Origin: a virus
Lineage: Duplodnaviria > Heunggongvirae > Uroviricota > Caudoviricetes
IMG/VR virus record: IMGVR_UViG_2654587540_000005
Length of the DNA stretch: 44,661 nt
Direction: 5' to 3' (one strand)
In this document: piece by piece, positions 1 through 8,164 of the stretch
Numbering within the stretch: position 1 is the stretch's first letter
Layout: every line of letters begins with the position of its first letter
The notes under the pieces: model-generated
The model's input: the letters and a program-made list of their open reading frames with translations, nothing else
Databases searched by the model: none
What the model was told of the DNA's origin: nothing
Made by a program: the position numbers and the translations under genes

Positions 1-414
1 TTATCCTATGTATTCCTTCGCATTTATTCCATGCTTTAATAAGTGTATAAGGTTTTAGCTAAGTTGATTTTTTTATTGACTTGGCTTTTTTGTGTCTGGT
101 TTGATGGTCTAGTTATGAGTGTAGGTATTTTTCGATTAAAGCGTATATCTTGATTTTTATATTAAGAATCATTCCTGATTTCTACTGAAGCCAAGAGAAA
201 ATTATTAATATATTTCATAGGATGATTTTGAATTAGGATCTAAACAATAAGATATGGTTCACGTAAATTTATTTTGCTGGAGTGATAACTCGATTGGGTG
301 TTTATTGAGGGGGGGCAAAAATATTGGTTTGACATTATTATTACTACCTTTTTTTGTTTCTTTGCTCAGTGTTTACGTTGCTTTTTAGCGTGCAAAAAAT
401 AGAGAACTATTATA

Positions 415-1677
415 CTAATTCATTTTCTTTATTCTCTGGGCGAATTCAAACGGTGTAATGTGTTCTTTTCTGTTGGCATTAAGGTAGTCAGCCCACCATT
501 GTAACATGAGTTTTCTCTCTTCGAGATGTTCCGCTTTGTGGATATATGCTGCCCGAACCGAGTTACGCTCTTGGTGGCTCATTTGACGTTCTACGGCGTC
601 TCTTGACCATAACCCAGATTCGATTAATGCACTACAAGCCATAGTTCGAAAACCGTGACCACAAACTTCAGCTTTCGTGTCGTAACCCATGGTGCGAAGA
701 GCCTTGTTAACAGTGTTTTCGCTGATTGGTTTGTCATCGCGACTAAAACCAATGAACATAAGATCCTTTTCTCCACTTATAGCTTGGAGCCTTTTAAATA
801 ATACTACAGCCTGCTTACTTAGCGGCACAAGATGAGGGGTTTTCATTTTTGAGCCCCTATTTGAATACTTAACCCCCTCCAATTCTCGTCTTTCTGCAGG
901 GATTGTCCATAAGGAGTTTTTGAAATTCACCTCAGACCAACGAGCGAATCTAAGTTCACTTGAACGGATGAAAGTCAGTAGAGTTAATTGAACTGCTATT
1001 TGAGTGATACCTTTCCCTTTATAGGCATCAATCCGTTTGAGAAGCTCAGGAAGTCGTTCGAGGGGAAGGGCAGGGCGGTGATTACTCTTGGCAGTGGTTA
1101 CAGCGCCTGCGAGGTCGTAAGCTGGGTTTTGGTCAATCAAAGCATTGTGAACAGCATACCGCATGATGGCAGTGATTCTTTGTTGTAAACGGGCAGCAAG
1201 TTCAAGATGTCCAGTTTCCTCTGCTTTTTTCAGAGGAACAAGTAAATCACGAGTTTTAAGCTCACTAATGTTCCGCTTACCGATAACAGGAAATACATGA
1301 GTGATCAGGCTGTTTAATACGGTAGTTCTGTGACTGTCTGACCAGGTTCTGTTGCTTGAGTGCCAGTCTCTGGCAACAGTTTCAAAAATGAGTAAGCCTT
1401 TCTCTTCAATCTTTTCTGTTTTTCGCTTTTCGCCAGGGTCAACATTGTTGGCAATGAGTTGCCTTGCTTCTTCTCTTCTACGACGAGCTTCTGCTAAAGA
1501 CACTTCGGGATAAACACCAAGCGCCAACATTTTTTGCTTACCAGAAAAGCGATATTGAAGCCGCCAGTATTTTGAACCCGTAGGGTGAACCAGGAGATGC
1601 ATACCATCCCCATCTGTTAACTTGACGGGCTTTTCAGTAGGTTTCGCATTTCTGACTTTTACCTCAGTTAGTGCCAT
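415..1677 (-). CDS. int: Tyrosine site-specific integrase, P4-like family
   Basis: 420 aa ORF with ATG at 1677 preceded by GGAGG. N-terminus (KPTEKPVKLTDGDGMHLLVHP...YWRLQYRF) is a P4-type arm-binding domain and the C-terminal half has the tyrosine recombinase pattern (...HGFR...RAAYIH...). Confidence 0.85.
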   Translation of the reverse strand: MALTEVKVRNAKPTEKPVKLTDGDGMHLLVHPTGSKYWRLQYRFSGKQKMLALGVYPEVSLAEARRRREEARQLIANNVDPGEKRKTEKIEEKGLLIFETVARDWHSSNRTWSDSHRTTVLNSLITHVFPVIGKRNISELKTRDLLVPLKKAEETGHLELAARLQQRITAIMRYAVHNALIDQNPAYDLAGAVTTAKSNHRPALPLERLPELLKRIDAYKGKGITQIAVQLTLLTFIRSSELRFARWSEVNFKNSLWTIPAERRELEGVKYSNRGSKMKTPHLVPLSKQAVVLFKRLQAISGEKDLMFIGFSRDDKPISENTVNKALRTMGYDTKAEVCGHGFRTMACSALIESGLWSRDAVERQMSHQERNSVRAAYIHKAEHLEERKLMLQWWADYLNANRKEHITPFEFAQRIKKMN

Positions 1678-1853
1678 TGTGACCTCCTGATGATGGTATC
1701 TGCATTATCGAACTTACAATACCAACAGTTATACCAACAAAACAAGCTGGATGTCCGTATATCCCAACAGTCCTTGGTAGACCATGGTTAAAGTGTACTT
1801 CATTGAAATGATTGGGAAAAATAGACTTTGATATACTTCGGTAGACAGGGTTC

Positions 1854-1873
1854 TGGCGTCCCCTGCAGACATC
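1854..1873. repeat. Degenerate direct copy of the argW 3' end (putative distal att site)
   Basis: tggcgtcccctgcagacatc matches tggtgtcccctgcaggaatc at 43579..43598 in 17 of 20 positions, with an exact 11-bp core gtcccctgcag. It lies in the int/alpA intergenic gap. Confidence 0.45.
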
Positions 1874-1941
1874 TACTTGAAGCGGCAGGGGGTTGATTGG
1901 AATGGTATTTTTTAGATGTGAGAAATATTTTACCCGCTATT

Positions 1942-2142
1942 TTACCCATTGGCGCGGCTTAAGAGCTTATTTTTGAATTCACAATGGTCACGATATAACC
2001 ATCTTGCTCGCCCGTGGATAACTTTGGCTTTAGGCAGGTCGCCGGACTTAATCCGGTCGTAGATGAAGGTTTTACCAAAGCCAGTATCAGCCATGATGAA
2101 TTTCAAATCAACCAGGGAATCAGGCTGTAGTTCGTGTTGCAT
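1942..2142 (-). CDS. alpA: AlpA-family HTH protein, putative excisionase/regulator
   Basis: 66 aa ORF with ATG at 2142 and a GGAGA RBS. Small HTH protein (…FIYDRIKSGDLPKAKVIHGRARWLYRD…) typical of AlpA/Xis-like proteins at prophage ends. Confidence 0.7.
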   Translation of the reverse strand: MQHELQPDSLVDLKFIMADTGFGKTFIYDRIKSGDLPKAKVIHGRARWLYRDHCEFKNKLLSRANG

Positions 2143-2266
2143 GAGTGCTATCTCCGAATAGGGAATCGAACCTGCAAATCAGGTAATAAAAAACCGCATT
2201 GATGCGGCGATGGTAGGTCTGGATATCTTGATAAATGAAAATGCCTCATCGAGTGTGAGGCTGTGG

Positions 2267-2611
2267 TTAGTCCTTGCGTAACTCGCTAATTCTTCTGTAA
2301 GTCTCTGGTGCTTTGTTCCCGTACGTCTTCATTTCAGACTTCAACAGAGCAACGAGTGAATCCCATTCGTTGAGGATGCCTTTGAATGCTGGAACGCGCT
2401 TTGCAACCTTGTCGAATGAATCTCTTATTTCTGGAATCTGCTCAACAAGTGCAACGCATCGTCGGAAATCGGCCACATCATGTGGAGCGCCGAAGTGATG
2501 ACCATAGATATTCTTTTTCAGTCCACATGCGATTGAGGCAAGAGTTGCGCTACTGATGCCGACATCGCCAGTCGATTGCCATTTCAAAACCTTCATAGCC
2601 AAATCTGACAT
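2267..2611 (-). CDS. Hypothetical phage protein
   Basis: 114 aa ORF with ATG at 2611 and a GGAGA RBS, co-oriented with and immediately upstream of the DpdA-like gene. No domain recognised. Confidence 0.5.
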   Translation of the reverse strand: MSDLAMKVLKWQSTGDVGISSATLASIACGLKKNIYGHHFGAPHDVADFRRCVALVEQIPEIRDSFDKVAKRVPAFKGILNEWDSLVALLKSEMKTYGNKAPETYRRISELRKD

Positions 2612-2668
2612 TTCTTGTCTCCATAAAACAAAACTCGCCGTAGCGAGTTCAGATAAAAGAAATCCGCA

Positions 2669-3472
2669 TTAAGCGGCGTCGGTGAATTCAAATAAAAAAC
2701 CGGCTTGCGCCGGCTCTCTCATCTTTCTGTCTACCCATGCTGATATCGATGGCTGGTGCACCTTTTCAATAGCAGCGCGAAGTACAGCTGTACGTGCCAG
2801 TTTGTCGGTAATCTCAGGAAATCGCTTCTCAGTTTTTGGTACGTTAACGGCAACGTTAGTAGAATCTGCGCTGGCGAATGGATACATCCCAAGCACCCTG
2901 ACATCTAGCATCCTCAATCCATGGAGCTTAACCGGGGATTTTCTATTGATGTATAGCTCAGTAAACACCTCATCCATGCGCTGCTCCCACCACTTAGATC
3001 GTATATGTCTGTGCGGTCCGCAACATCCTATTGCGACCCACTCATAACGCTCAGAAAGCCTCACAAGTCGATCAATCGATTCATCAGAATGCCATACAGG
3101 TACGTCCTTGGACGCAAGCCAGTGTGGAACTAATGCTAACTGCTCATCGTTTTCTTCCTCCGTTCCTTCAATGACATCAGGTATAAGAAACCACTCAATT
3201 CGGCTGAACCATTTCCCGACAAAGTCATAAAACCTCTCACTTCGCTTCCCCCAGTCCACCGTTTTCTTTTTCTTTTTGGCTTTATCCCATGCTGAAAACG
3301 CGCCGTTATCAAGTCTGATATCACATGGGATCATTGCCACTTTCTTCATCTGCTCCGGTCTTGCAAATGAAATGAACGCTCCACCATCACGGTACAGAGC
3401 CTTTATGAGCATATCTGTAGGTGCATCTTTATCACCCCAGATAGGACTTCCGTGAAAGTGGACTGTCATCAT
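2669..3472 (-). CDS. TGT-superfamily protein, putative DpdA-like DNA 7-deazaguanine transglycosylase
   Basis: 267 aa ORF starting ATGATG at 3472. Motifs RLDNGAF (cf. TGT DSGGFQ), AIGCCG, LHGLRML and FASADST are consistent with a tRNA-guanine transglycosylase-like barrel. Its start overlaps the stop of the upstream membrane-protein gene. Confidence 0.5.
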   Translation of the reverse strand: MMTVHFHGSPIWGDKDAPTDMLIKALYRDGGAFISFARPEQMKKVAMIPCDIRLDNGAFSAWDKAKKKKKTVDWGKRSERFYDFVGKWFSRIEWFLIPDVIEGTEEENDEQLALVPHWLASKDVPVWHSDESIDRLVRLSERYEWVAIGCCGPHRHIRSKWWEQRMDEVFTELYINRKSPVKLHGLRMLDVRVLGMYPFASADSTNVAVNVPKTEKRFPEITDKLARTAVLRAAIEKVHQPSISAWVDRKMREPAQAGFLFEFTDAA

Positions 3473-3930
3473 CTCTTCCTTAAAATTAATGACCAGATAA
3501 AACCTCCGCCAACCTTAGCAATGAACTGGCCGGCAATGATTCCTGGCATAAGAGAGCCGAATGCGATAAGCGGGAACGATATAGAATCAATAACTGAAGC
3601 GGTTATGTTTGAGGCATTTGCCTTAACTGACCAAGGCTTGCGAATCAACAGTTGATAGACGCTTCCGTCTCCCAGTGATGCGAGAACGAAGGAGGCTGAG
3701 GAGGCAATGGCGATCATGCCGCCTGCAGGATTAATGATGTAACTTAAAACTCCTGACAGTACAGCAAGCCCAGTAACTTTAATAAACCCGATTCGCTCAT
3801 GGAGTACGTCACGAAGAATGAAATCAAGGCCAATCAGAGCGAAAGAATTGACGATAGACCACCATGGTCCGAACAGAAACACAAGGTAGTTAGCTGCGCA
3901 GATTGCTAATACATATACAAGTGCAGCCAT
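3469..3930 (-). CDS. Polytopic membrane protein, putative YhhQ/VUT-family queuosine-precursor transporter (short form)
   Basis: Hydrophobic ORF; preferred start is ATG at 3930 with a GAGGG RBS, whereas the ORF-track start at 3987 is a GTG. Several predicted TM helices and YhhQ-like segments by recollection. Translationally coupled to the DpdA-like gene. Confidence 0.4.
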   Translation of the reverse strand: MAALVYVLAICAANYLVFLFGPWWSIVNSFALIGLDFILRDVLHERIGFIKVTGLAVLSGVLSYIINPAGGMIAIASSASFVLASLGDGSVYQLLIRKPWSVKANASNITASVIDSISFPLIAFGSLMPGIIAGQFIAKVGGGFIWSLILRKR

Positions 3931-4083
3931 AGTTGACCCTCTGACATGTGAATGAGCGAAGAGATAGCCGCCCATGCAATAAGGCACGCTATGGCGACCA
4001 GAACTGGGTTGTAATGCATGGTGACTCCGGATAAAGAAAAACCCGCTGGGTGCGGGTTTGTTATGCGTCGAATGGGTTAGGCG

Positions 4084-4323
4084 TCATCCAAGGTATGGCT
4101 TCTTCCAGTCCTCGCTGGTAGCCAACCTCTCCATGGCAAGCAGAATCGGCAGATTAGATTCGTCTGTCTTCTTCATGATTTCCCAATGAAGCCGTTTTAA
4201 CTCGTGGACCAGCTGGTCTCTGTTTGTTTCCGCATCATTGCTGGCAAGCATCAAGCAGCACTCACCAACAATTCGACACGCTTCCCGGTACAGGTCTTCT
4301 GAAAGCTTCTCATATTCTGACAT
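4084..4323 (-). CDS. Hypothetical early-left protein
   Basis: ATG at 4323 with a GGAGGGG RBS; the ORF-track start at 4341 has a weaker context. 79 aa. Confidence 0.5.
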   Translation of the reverse strand: MSEYEKLSEDLYREACRIVGECCLMLASNDAETNRDQLVHELKRLHWEIMKKTDESNLPILLAMERLATSEDWKKPYLG

Positions 4324-4360
4324 AAGCAACCCCTCCACCATGAAGGGATTTTATATCACA

Positions 4361-4687
4361 TCAGTTTGCATCCTGCTGCTCAGCCCTCCGCGCTTCAGCG
4401 TCGTGATATCCCTGCATGTAAGCATCAGCCCAGTCTGGGTTAACACCTGCCTGAATAGCGATTTCGTCGATACACTCAGGCTCTGCGGCGGCCTTTTTCG
4501 CGTGCTCACGAATCTGCGCGATTAGCTCCTCGGCATTAACCTCAAAGCACTTCAGAGTTTCACATCCGCCAACCTTGTCACCGGAGATTCGGCACCCGCC
4601 ATCATCGTTACTTACGCAGAGGGAAAGGCCACCGGCCTGATTGTGAGATATTTCGATATAAACATTGCCTGTCTTCAATTTAGACAT
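4361..4687 (-). CDS. Hypothetical early-left protein
   Basis: 108 aa ORF with ATG at 4687 and an AGGAGG RBS. Its start overlaps the stop of the upstream gene. Confidence 0.5.
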   Translation of the reverse strand: MSKLKTGNVYIEISHNQAGGLSLCVSNDDGGCRISGDKVGGCETLKCFEVNAEELIAQIREHAKKAAAEPECIDEIAIQAGVNPDWADAYMQGYHDAEARRAEQQDAN

Positions 4688-5294
4688 TTTTAGCCTCCTG
4701 CTGCGGCGCTGCTGGTGCGGCGGCGAGCATTTTCGAGTAGCAATGCACTGTATTCAGCCAGAACCCAACCACCGATTGTCCAGCACGCAACATATCTTTT
4801 GTTGGGTCAATCGGAACAAGTTTCCATCCATTCGGAATCACCGGAGAGTTACCAGCCACCATTTTGTTGGCATCATCAGAATGGTCTACCATTTCGAGGT
4901 GTTGCTCGGTATGGTTTCCTCCCTGAAGCATGGCGGCGCGGCAGGCATTCCAGCCTCTCACCTCTGCAATAGCGGCAACAGCATCGACCGCGTACATTTT
5001 AAGAGGGTTGGGCATTGGTTTTTCTTCAGGTACTACTGGCACTGGAGGGGCGGCGTATACTTCAATTGTCCCATTATCAATAGGCCATTCTCCATCCTTG
5101 ATGTAGTCACTTGTGCCATCGACCTGCTGTTCTGCAATGTGGAAAGCACCTATTGGTTTTGCTTCCAGCGATGCCAGAGCAATTCGTGCCAGTTCTTCCG
5201 CTTCTTCTGCTGGCAGTACAACGTTGCTGCCAGGTCCGTATGTTTCGCGCCACTGCTTGATTGTCAGCAGTCGCTCTTTGGTAATAGTGATCAT
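4680..5294 (-). CDS. Hypothetical early-left protein
   Basis: 204 aa ORF with ATG at 5294 and an AAGGAA RBS. No recognised domain. Confidence 0.55.
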   Translation of the reverse strand: MITITKERLLTIKQWRETYGPGSNVVLPAEEAEELARIALASLEAKPIGAFHIAEQQVDGTSDYIKDGEWPIDNGTIEVYAAPPVPVVPEEKPMPNPLKMYAVDAVAAIAEVRGWNACRAAMLQGGNHTEQHLEMVDHSDDANKMVAGNSPVIPNGWKLVPIDPTKDMLRAGQSVVGFWLNTVHCYSKMLAAAPAAPQQEAKNV

Positions 5295-5806
5295 GCCGCG
5301 TTTCCTTCTTTCTTATTAACAATTACACCGTCATATATTTCATTAAGGTGCCCTCTCAACTCCATGCGCCTTAATGCAGATAACATGTAATCGCATTCAA
5401 CCTGCTTATTTCCAGTAAATGGCTTATCGTCAGGATTACCCCAACAGCAATTACCCTTGGGCCACCCATGTACTTTCCGTACTCTTCCGTTAACAACGTG
5501 AAGTAATCCCCAGCCAGGTGGTAAATCCTCAATTGAAATAATTCCCGGCTCACTAATAAAGAATCGCCAGTCGCCCATTCCAAGAGACGGATTTTTACGA
5601 AAACGCTTTTTTCTATCTGCTAACAAGTCAGCACGAGAACACTTCGCTTCTATCAGGCATGATGCTGAATTTCTGAATCCCATAGCATCTGGCTGTTCTC
5701 CGGTACTGGTTACAGCTATAAAGCGGTCATGAAAACAAACCTTGAACCCGTTGCGCTTAAGGAACTTATACGCAATCTGACAGAGTTCACGGTGTGTTAA
5801 CGCCAT
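5291..5806 (-). CDS. PD-(D/E)XK nuclease-fold protein (MmcB-like)
   Basis: ATG at 5806 with an AAGGAGAG RBS; the ORF-track extension to 5878 is unsupported. Motif ...GEQPDAMGF...CLIEAKCS fits the PD-x(n)-ExK signature. Confidence 0.5.
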   Translation of the reverse strand: MALTHRELCQIAYKFLKRNGFKVCFHDRFIAVTSTGEQPDAMGFRNSASCLIEAKCSRADLLADRKKRFRKNPSLGMGDWRFFISEPGIISIEDLPPGWGLLHVVNGRVRKVHGWPKGNCCWGNPDDKPFTGNKQVECDYMLSALRRMELRGHLNEIYDGVIVNKKEGNAA

Positions 5807-5807
5807 A

Positions 5808-5996
5808 TCACTCTCCTTTAGTGCGCAAGTGGTTTTTCCAGCGGTTTTGCGCCGCGCTGGGCTTTTTGCTAAAACCACAATCCATCATCCCGTAATATTT
5901 CATCAACCCCATCCGTCGGTTGCTGAGTCTCACCCACTGCCAGACGCCAGGAGCGTTTCTACGAACTAACAGAATCTTTGCTTTACGGTTTTTCAT
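5808..5996 (-). CDS. Small basic hypothetical protein
   Basis: 62 aa ORF with ATG at 5996 and an AGGAGA RBS; its stop abuts the start of the next gene. Confidence 0.4.
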   Translation of the reverse strand: MKNRKAKILLVRRNAPGVWQWVRLSNRRMGLMKYYGMMDCGFSKKPSAAQNRWKNHLRTKGE

Positions 5997-6168
5997 CGTT
6001 TTGCTCTCCTGCGTTTCTTTGCTTCGCGTCGTGCAGCCGCAATACCGGTATGGCGGCGCTTTGGTGCCGGGATGATGTTGTCAGCCATCAGGACATGCGG
6101 CTTCGCAATTAGCGCAGAAGCCCAAAAACGAGTCGGGTACGGTAACAAGCCGATACATGCCACACGCA

Positions 6169-6882
6169 TTACTCACCTCCTTTGATGCGAATGCCAGCTG
6201 CGCTTGCTGATTCTTCATATGCGCGTTTAGCAGCGTTAAGGATTGCTGCCAGTGGCGTATAGCCGCCATCCATTCGGATTGTGTTGTGGATGCCAGCCAT
6301 TGTGTCGCGCAATTTGCTGTGGCTAGCAGACAGTTCTGCTATGCGCTTCTCTGCGGATTCCAGCGCTGCAACCAATTCGTCTACAGTTCCGGCAGCTTGC
6401 AGTGCGTAATCGGTAATAGCCATCTCATGATCAATTTCAGTACCGTTCTCATTCGTTGAGGTGATAGCAAAATAATCAGAGTCGATTTCGTTATCAGCTA
6501 AGTGGCGTAGCGTATCGGCAACAAACTGACCGTTTTCGATTAACAGCTTCCCTACCGTTAGCGCAATATCCTCGTTCTCCTGATCGCGGCGTTTGATGTA
6601 TTGCAGGTTTCTTTCCCGTTCATCCAGCAGTGCCAGCACAGTAACCGGATTGGATGCGGCGATGAATTCAGCATTGGCCTGCTGTTCCATTTGGAAATCT
6701 TCATCGAAACCGCTTTCAGGATGCGCTCCTTCAATTCTGCAAATGGGAAGATATCCAACAACGTCACGATGAATTAGCGCATCATCACAATCAAATCGGC
6801 TCTCTCCATATTCGAGCGACCACACACCACACGTTGCTTTCTCTGCCTTTTCACGCAGTGCCTGATAGTCAATCTTGCTCAC
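6169..6882 (-). CDS. Ead/Ea22-like protein
   Basis: Preferred start is GTG at 6882 with an AAGGAGG RBS, overlapping the upstream stop as GTGA. Acidic protein with an Ea22-like character (…NAEFIAASNPVTVLALLDE…). Confidence 0.5.
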   Translation of the reverse strand: MSKIDYQALREKAEKATCGVWSLEYGESRFDCDDALIHRDVVGYLPICRIEGAHPESGFDEDFQMEQQANAEFIAASNPVTVLALLDERERNLQYIKRRDQENEDIALTVGKLLIENGQFVADTLRHLADNEIDSDYFAITSTNENGTEIDHEMAITDYALQAAGTVDELVAALESAEKRIAELSASHSKLRDTMAGIHNTIRMDGGYTPLAAILNAAKRAYEESASAAGIRIKGGE

Positions 6883-7292
6883 TGGTTGCCTCCTTTGCGA
6901 AGCTGTTCCGCACAATGCAGCAGGGCGTCCGTCGCTTCTTTCACCGTAACGATGTCGCCATCGTCCAGCCCGGCAACCGTCGCGTCCTTAACGAACACCG
7001 AGCAAAGGTCATTAAACGCCTGCGCCCGTACTTCAGCCAGAAAAGCATCGGTGGCTGGGGTTTCCGTGAAGTTGTCCTCCCAACCGTAGTACTCCTGACG
7101 ACAGAAGTTATTAAATTCCTTCTCCGACTGTTTAAGCGCCGCATTTTCCGCTGCCAGCGCCGCGCACTTGGCCTCCGCTTCAGCAAATTTACGCACCAGA
7201 TATTCTGCGTTTGTTTCGTTAACCTTTAAATCTCGTGGGATGCATTTACCTTTCAGAAAACCATCCATCTCAATTAGTGACATTTGTTTCAT
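6879..7292 (-). CDS. Hypothetical coiled-coil protein (Ea22-like N-terminal region)
   Basis: ATG at 7292 with a GGAG RBS; the ORF-track start at 7310 is a GTG. Alanine-rich coiled-coil segment. Confidence 0.45.
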   Translation of the reverse strand: MKQMSLIEMDGFLKGKCIPRDLKVNETNAEYLVRKFAEAEAKCAALAAENAALKQSEKEFNNFCRQEYYGWEDNFTETPATDAFLAEVRAQAFNDLCSVFVKDATVAGLDDGDIVTVKEATDALLHCAEQLRKGGNQ

Positions 7293-7453
7293 TTCTTCCC
7301 ACTCCGCCACATTGCATTCAGATATTTGTTTTGATTCACTGATGGAAACGAGTTTATCTTAAGCAATTCCTCTCTCGATGGCATTGGCTTTACGCGTTGG
7401 CGAATAATCATTTCTGCCGGAAGAATGCCGGGATTGTATGCAAGTCCTCTCAT
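7289..7453 (-). CDS. Small hypothetical protein
   Basis: Internal ATG at 7453 with a GAGGA RBS about 8 nt upstream. Part of the tightly packed leftward operon. Confidence 0.3.
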   Translation of the reverse strand: MRGLAYNPGILPAEMIIRQRVKPMPSREELLKINSFPSVNQNKYLNAMWRSGKK

Positions 7454-7463
7454 GGTAAATTCC

Positions 7464-7757
7464 TCAGTCATTACTGATAGCGCCATAGCGTGAGCGGTAA
7501 TTACGCAGGCGCGGGTCAATTTCAGGGAAGTGGGTATATGTGGCTTTGCGGAATGGTCGGATTGATGTCTGGTAAATTCGCTCGCGTTCTTCTTTCTCTG
7601 CAAGCCATATACAGTGGCGAAATTCCTTTTCCTCTTTCGTTTCCTGCGGTAGAGCCATTATTCGATCGTAGTTTTTTCTGAATTTATCCAGCACCTCCGA
7701 TACGGAATTGCCGGAACAGCGGCGTGGGTCATCCGCACCATACAGAGGCGCTGGCAT
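7464..7757 (-). CDS. Hypothetical phage protein
   Basis: 97 aa ORF with ATG at 7757 and an AAGGA RBS. Confidence 0.5.
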   Translation of the reverse strand: MPAPLYGADDPRRCSGNSVSEVLDKFRKNYDRIMALPQETKEEKEFRHCIWLAEKEERERIYQTSIRPFRKATYTHFPEIDPRLRNYRSRYGAISND

Positions 7758-7780
7758 AATTAAATCCTTATTTTTCTAAA

Positions 7781-8164
7781 TCAGAATGGGATGGAATCGT
7801 CGTATACAGGAGTGTTCTGCTGGTTACTACTTTGCTGCTGCGGGCCATTTCCTGAAGCTGCAAATCCAATTTTTGCATTCAGTAATTCAAGAGTGATTGA
7901 TTGACCATTTTGCCCCTGATAAACATCAACCCTGATGTTTTCTCCGGTAATTTCCACAATGCCACCTTCAACAAGAACACTACGGTAGTAATCCGCTTGC
8001 GCTCCCGGCTTGGCAAATACAACGGCGCTGTAGTTTGTCCATTCTTTCTTTTTTGTCTGGCGATCGTAATACTGAACGCCAGCACGGATGTTGAATCCGA
8101 TATTTTCCCCGGCCTGAAACTCTCTTGCGGGCTTGTTTAGTCTTACAGTAATCGAATGTGCCAT
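7781..8164 (-). CDS. Phage single-stranded DNA-binding protein
   Basis: ATG at 8164 overlaps the erf stop. Glycine/glutamine-rich tail ending DDSIPF is the characteristic SSB C-terminal tail. Confidence 0.65.
   Translation of the reverse strand: MAHSITVRLNKPAREFQAGENIGFNIRAGVQYYDRQTKKKEWTNYSAVVFAKPGAQADYYRSVLVEGGIVEITGENIRVDVYQGQNGQSITLELLNAKIGFAASGNGPQQQSSNQQNTPVYDDSIPF

Noticed and set aside
4665-5390. 241-aa plus-strand ORF in the early-left arm
   Set aside because: Antisense to three co-oriented minus-strand genes that each have a good RBS and coupled stops; Cys/His/Phe-rich nonsense-like translation.
5807-5878. N-terminal extension of the PD-(D/E)XK protein to 5878
   Set aside because: The extension covers the RBS and coding end of the neighbouring gene; an ATG at 5806 with an AAGGAGAG RBS is the better start. 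The ORF-track starts at 16099, 16494 and 16988 are upstream extensions of the same kind.
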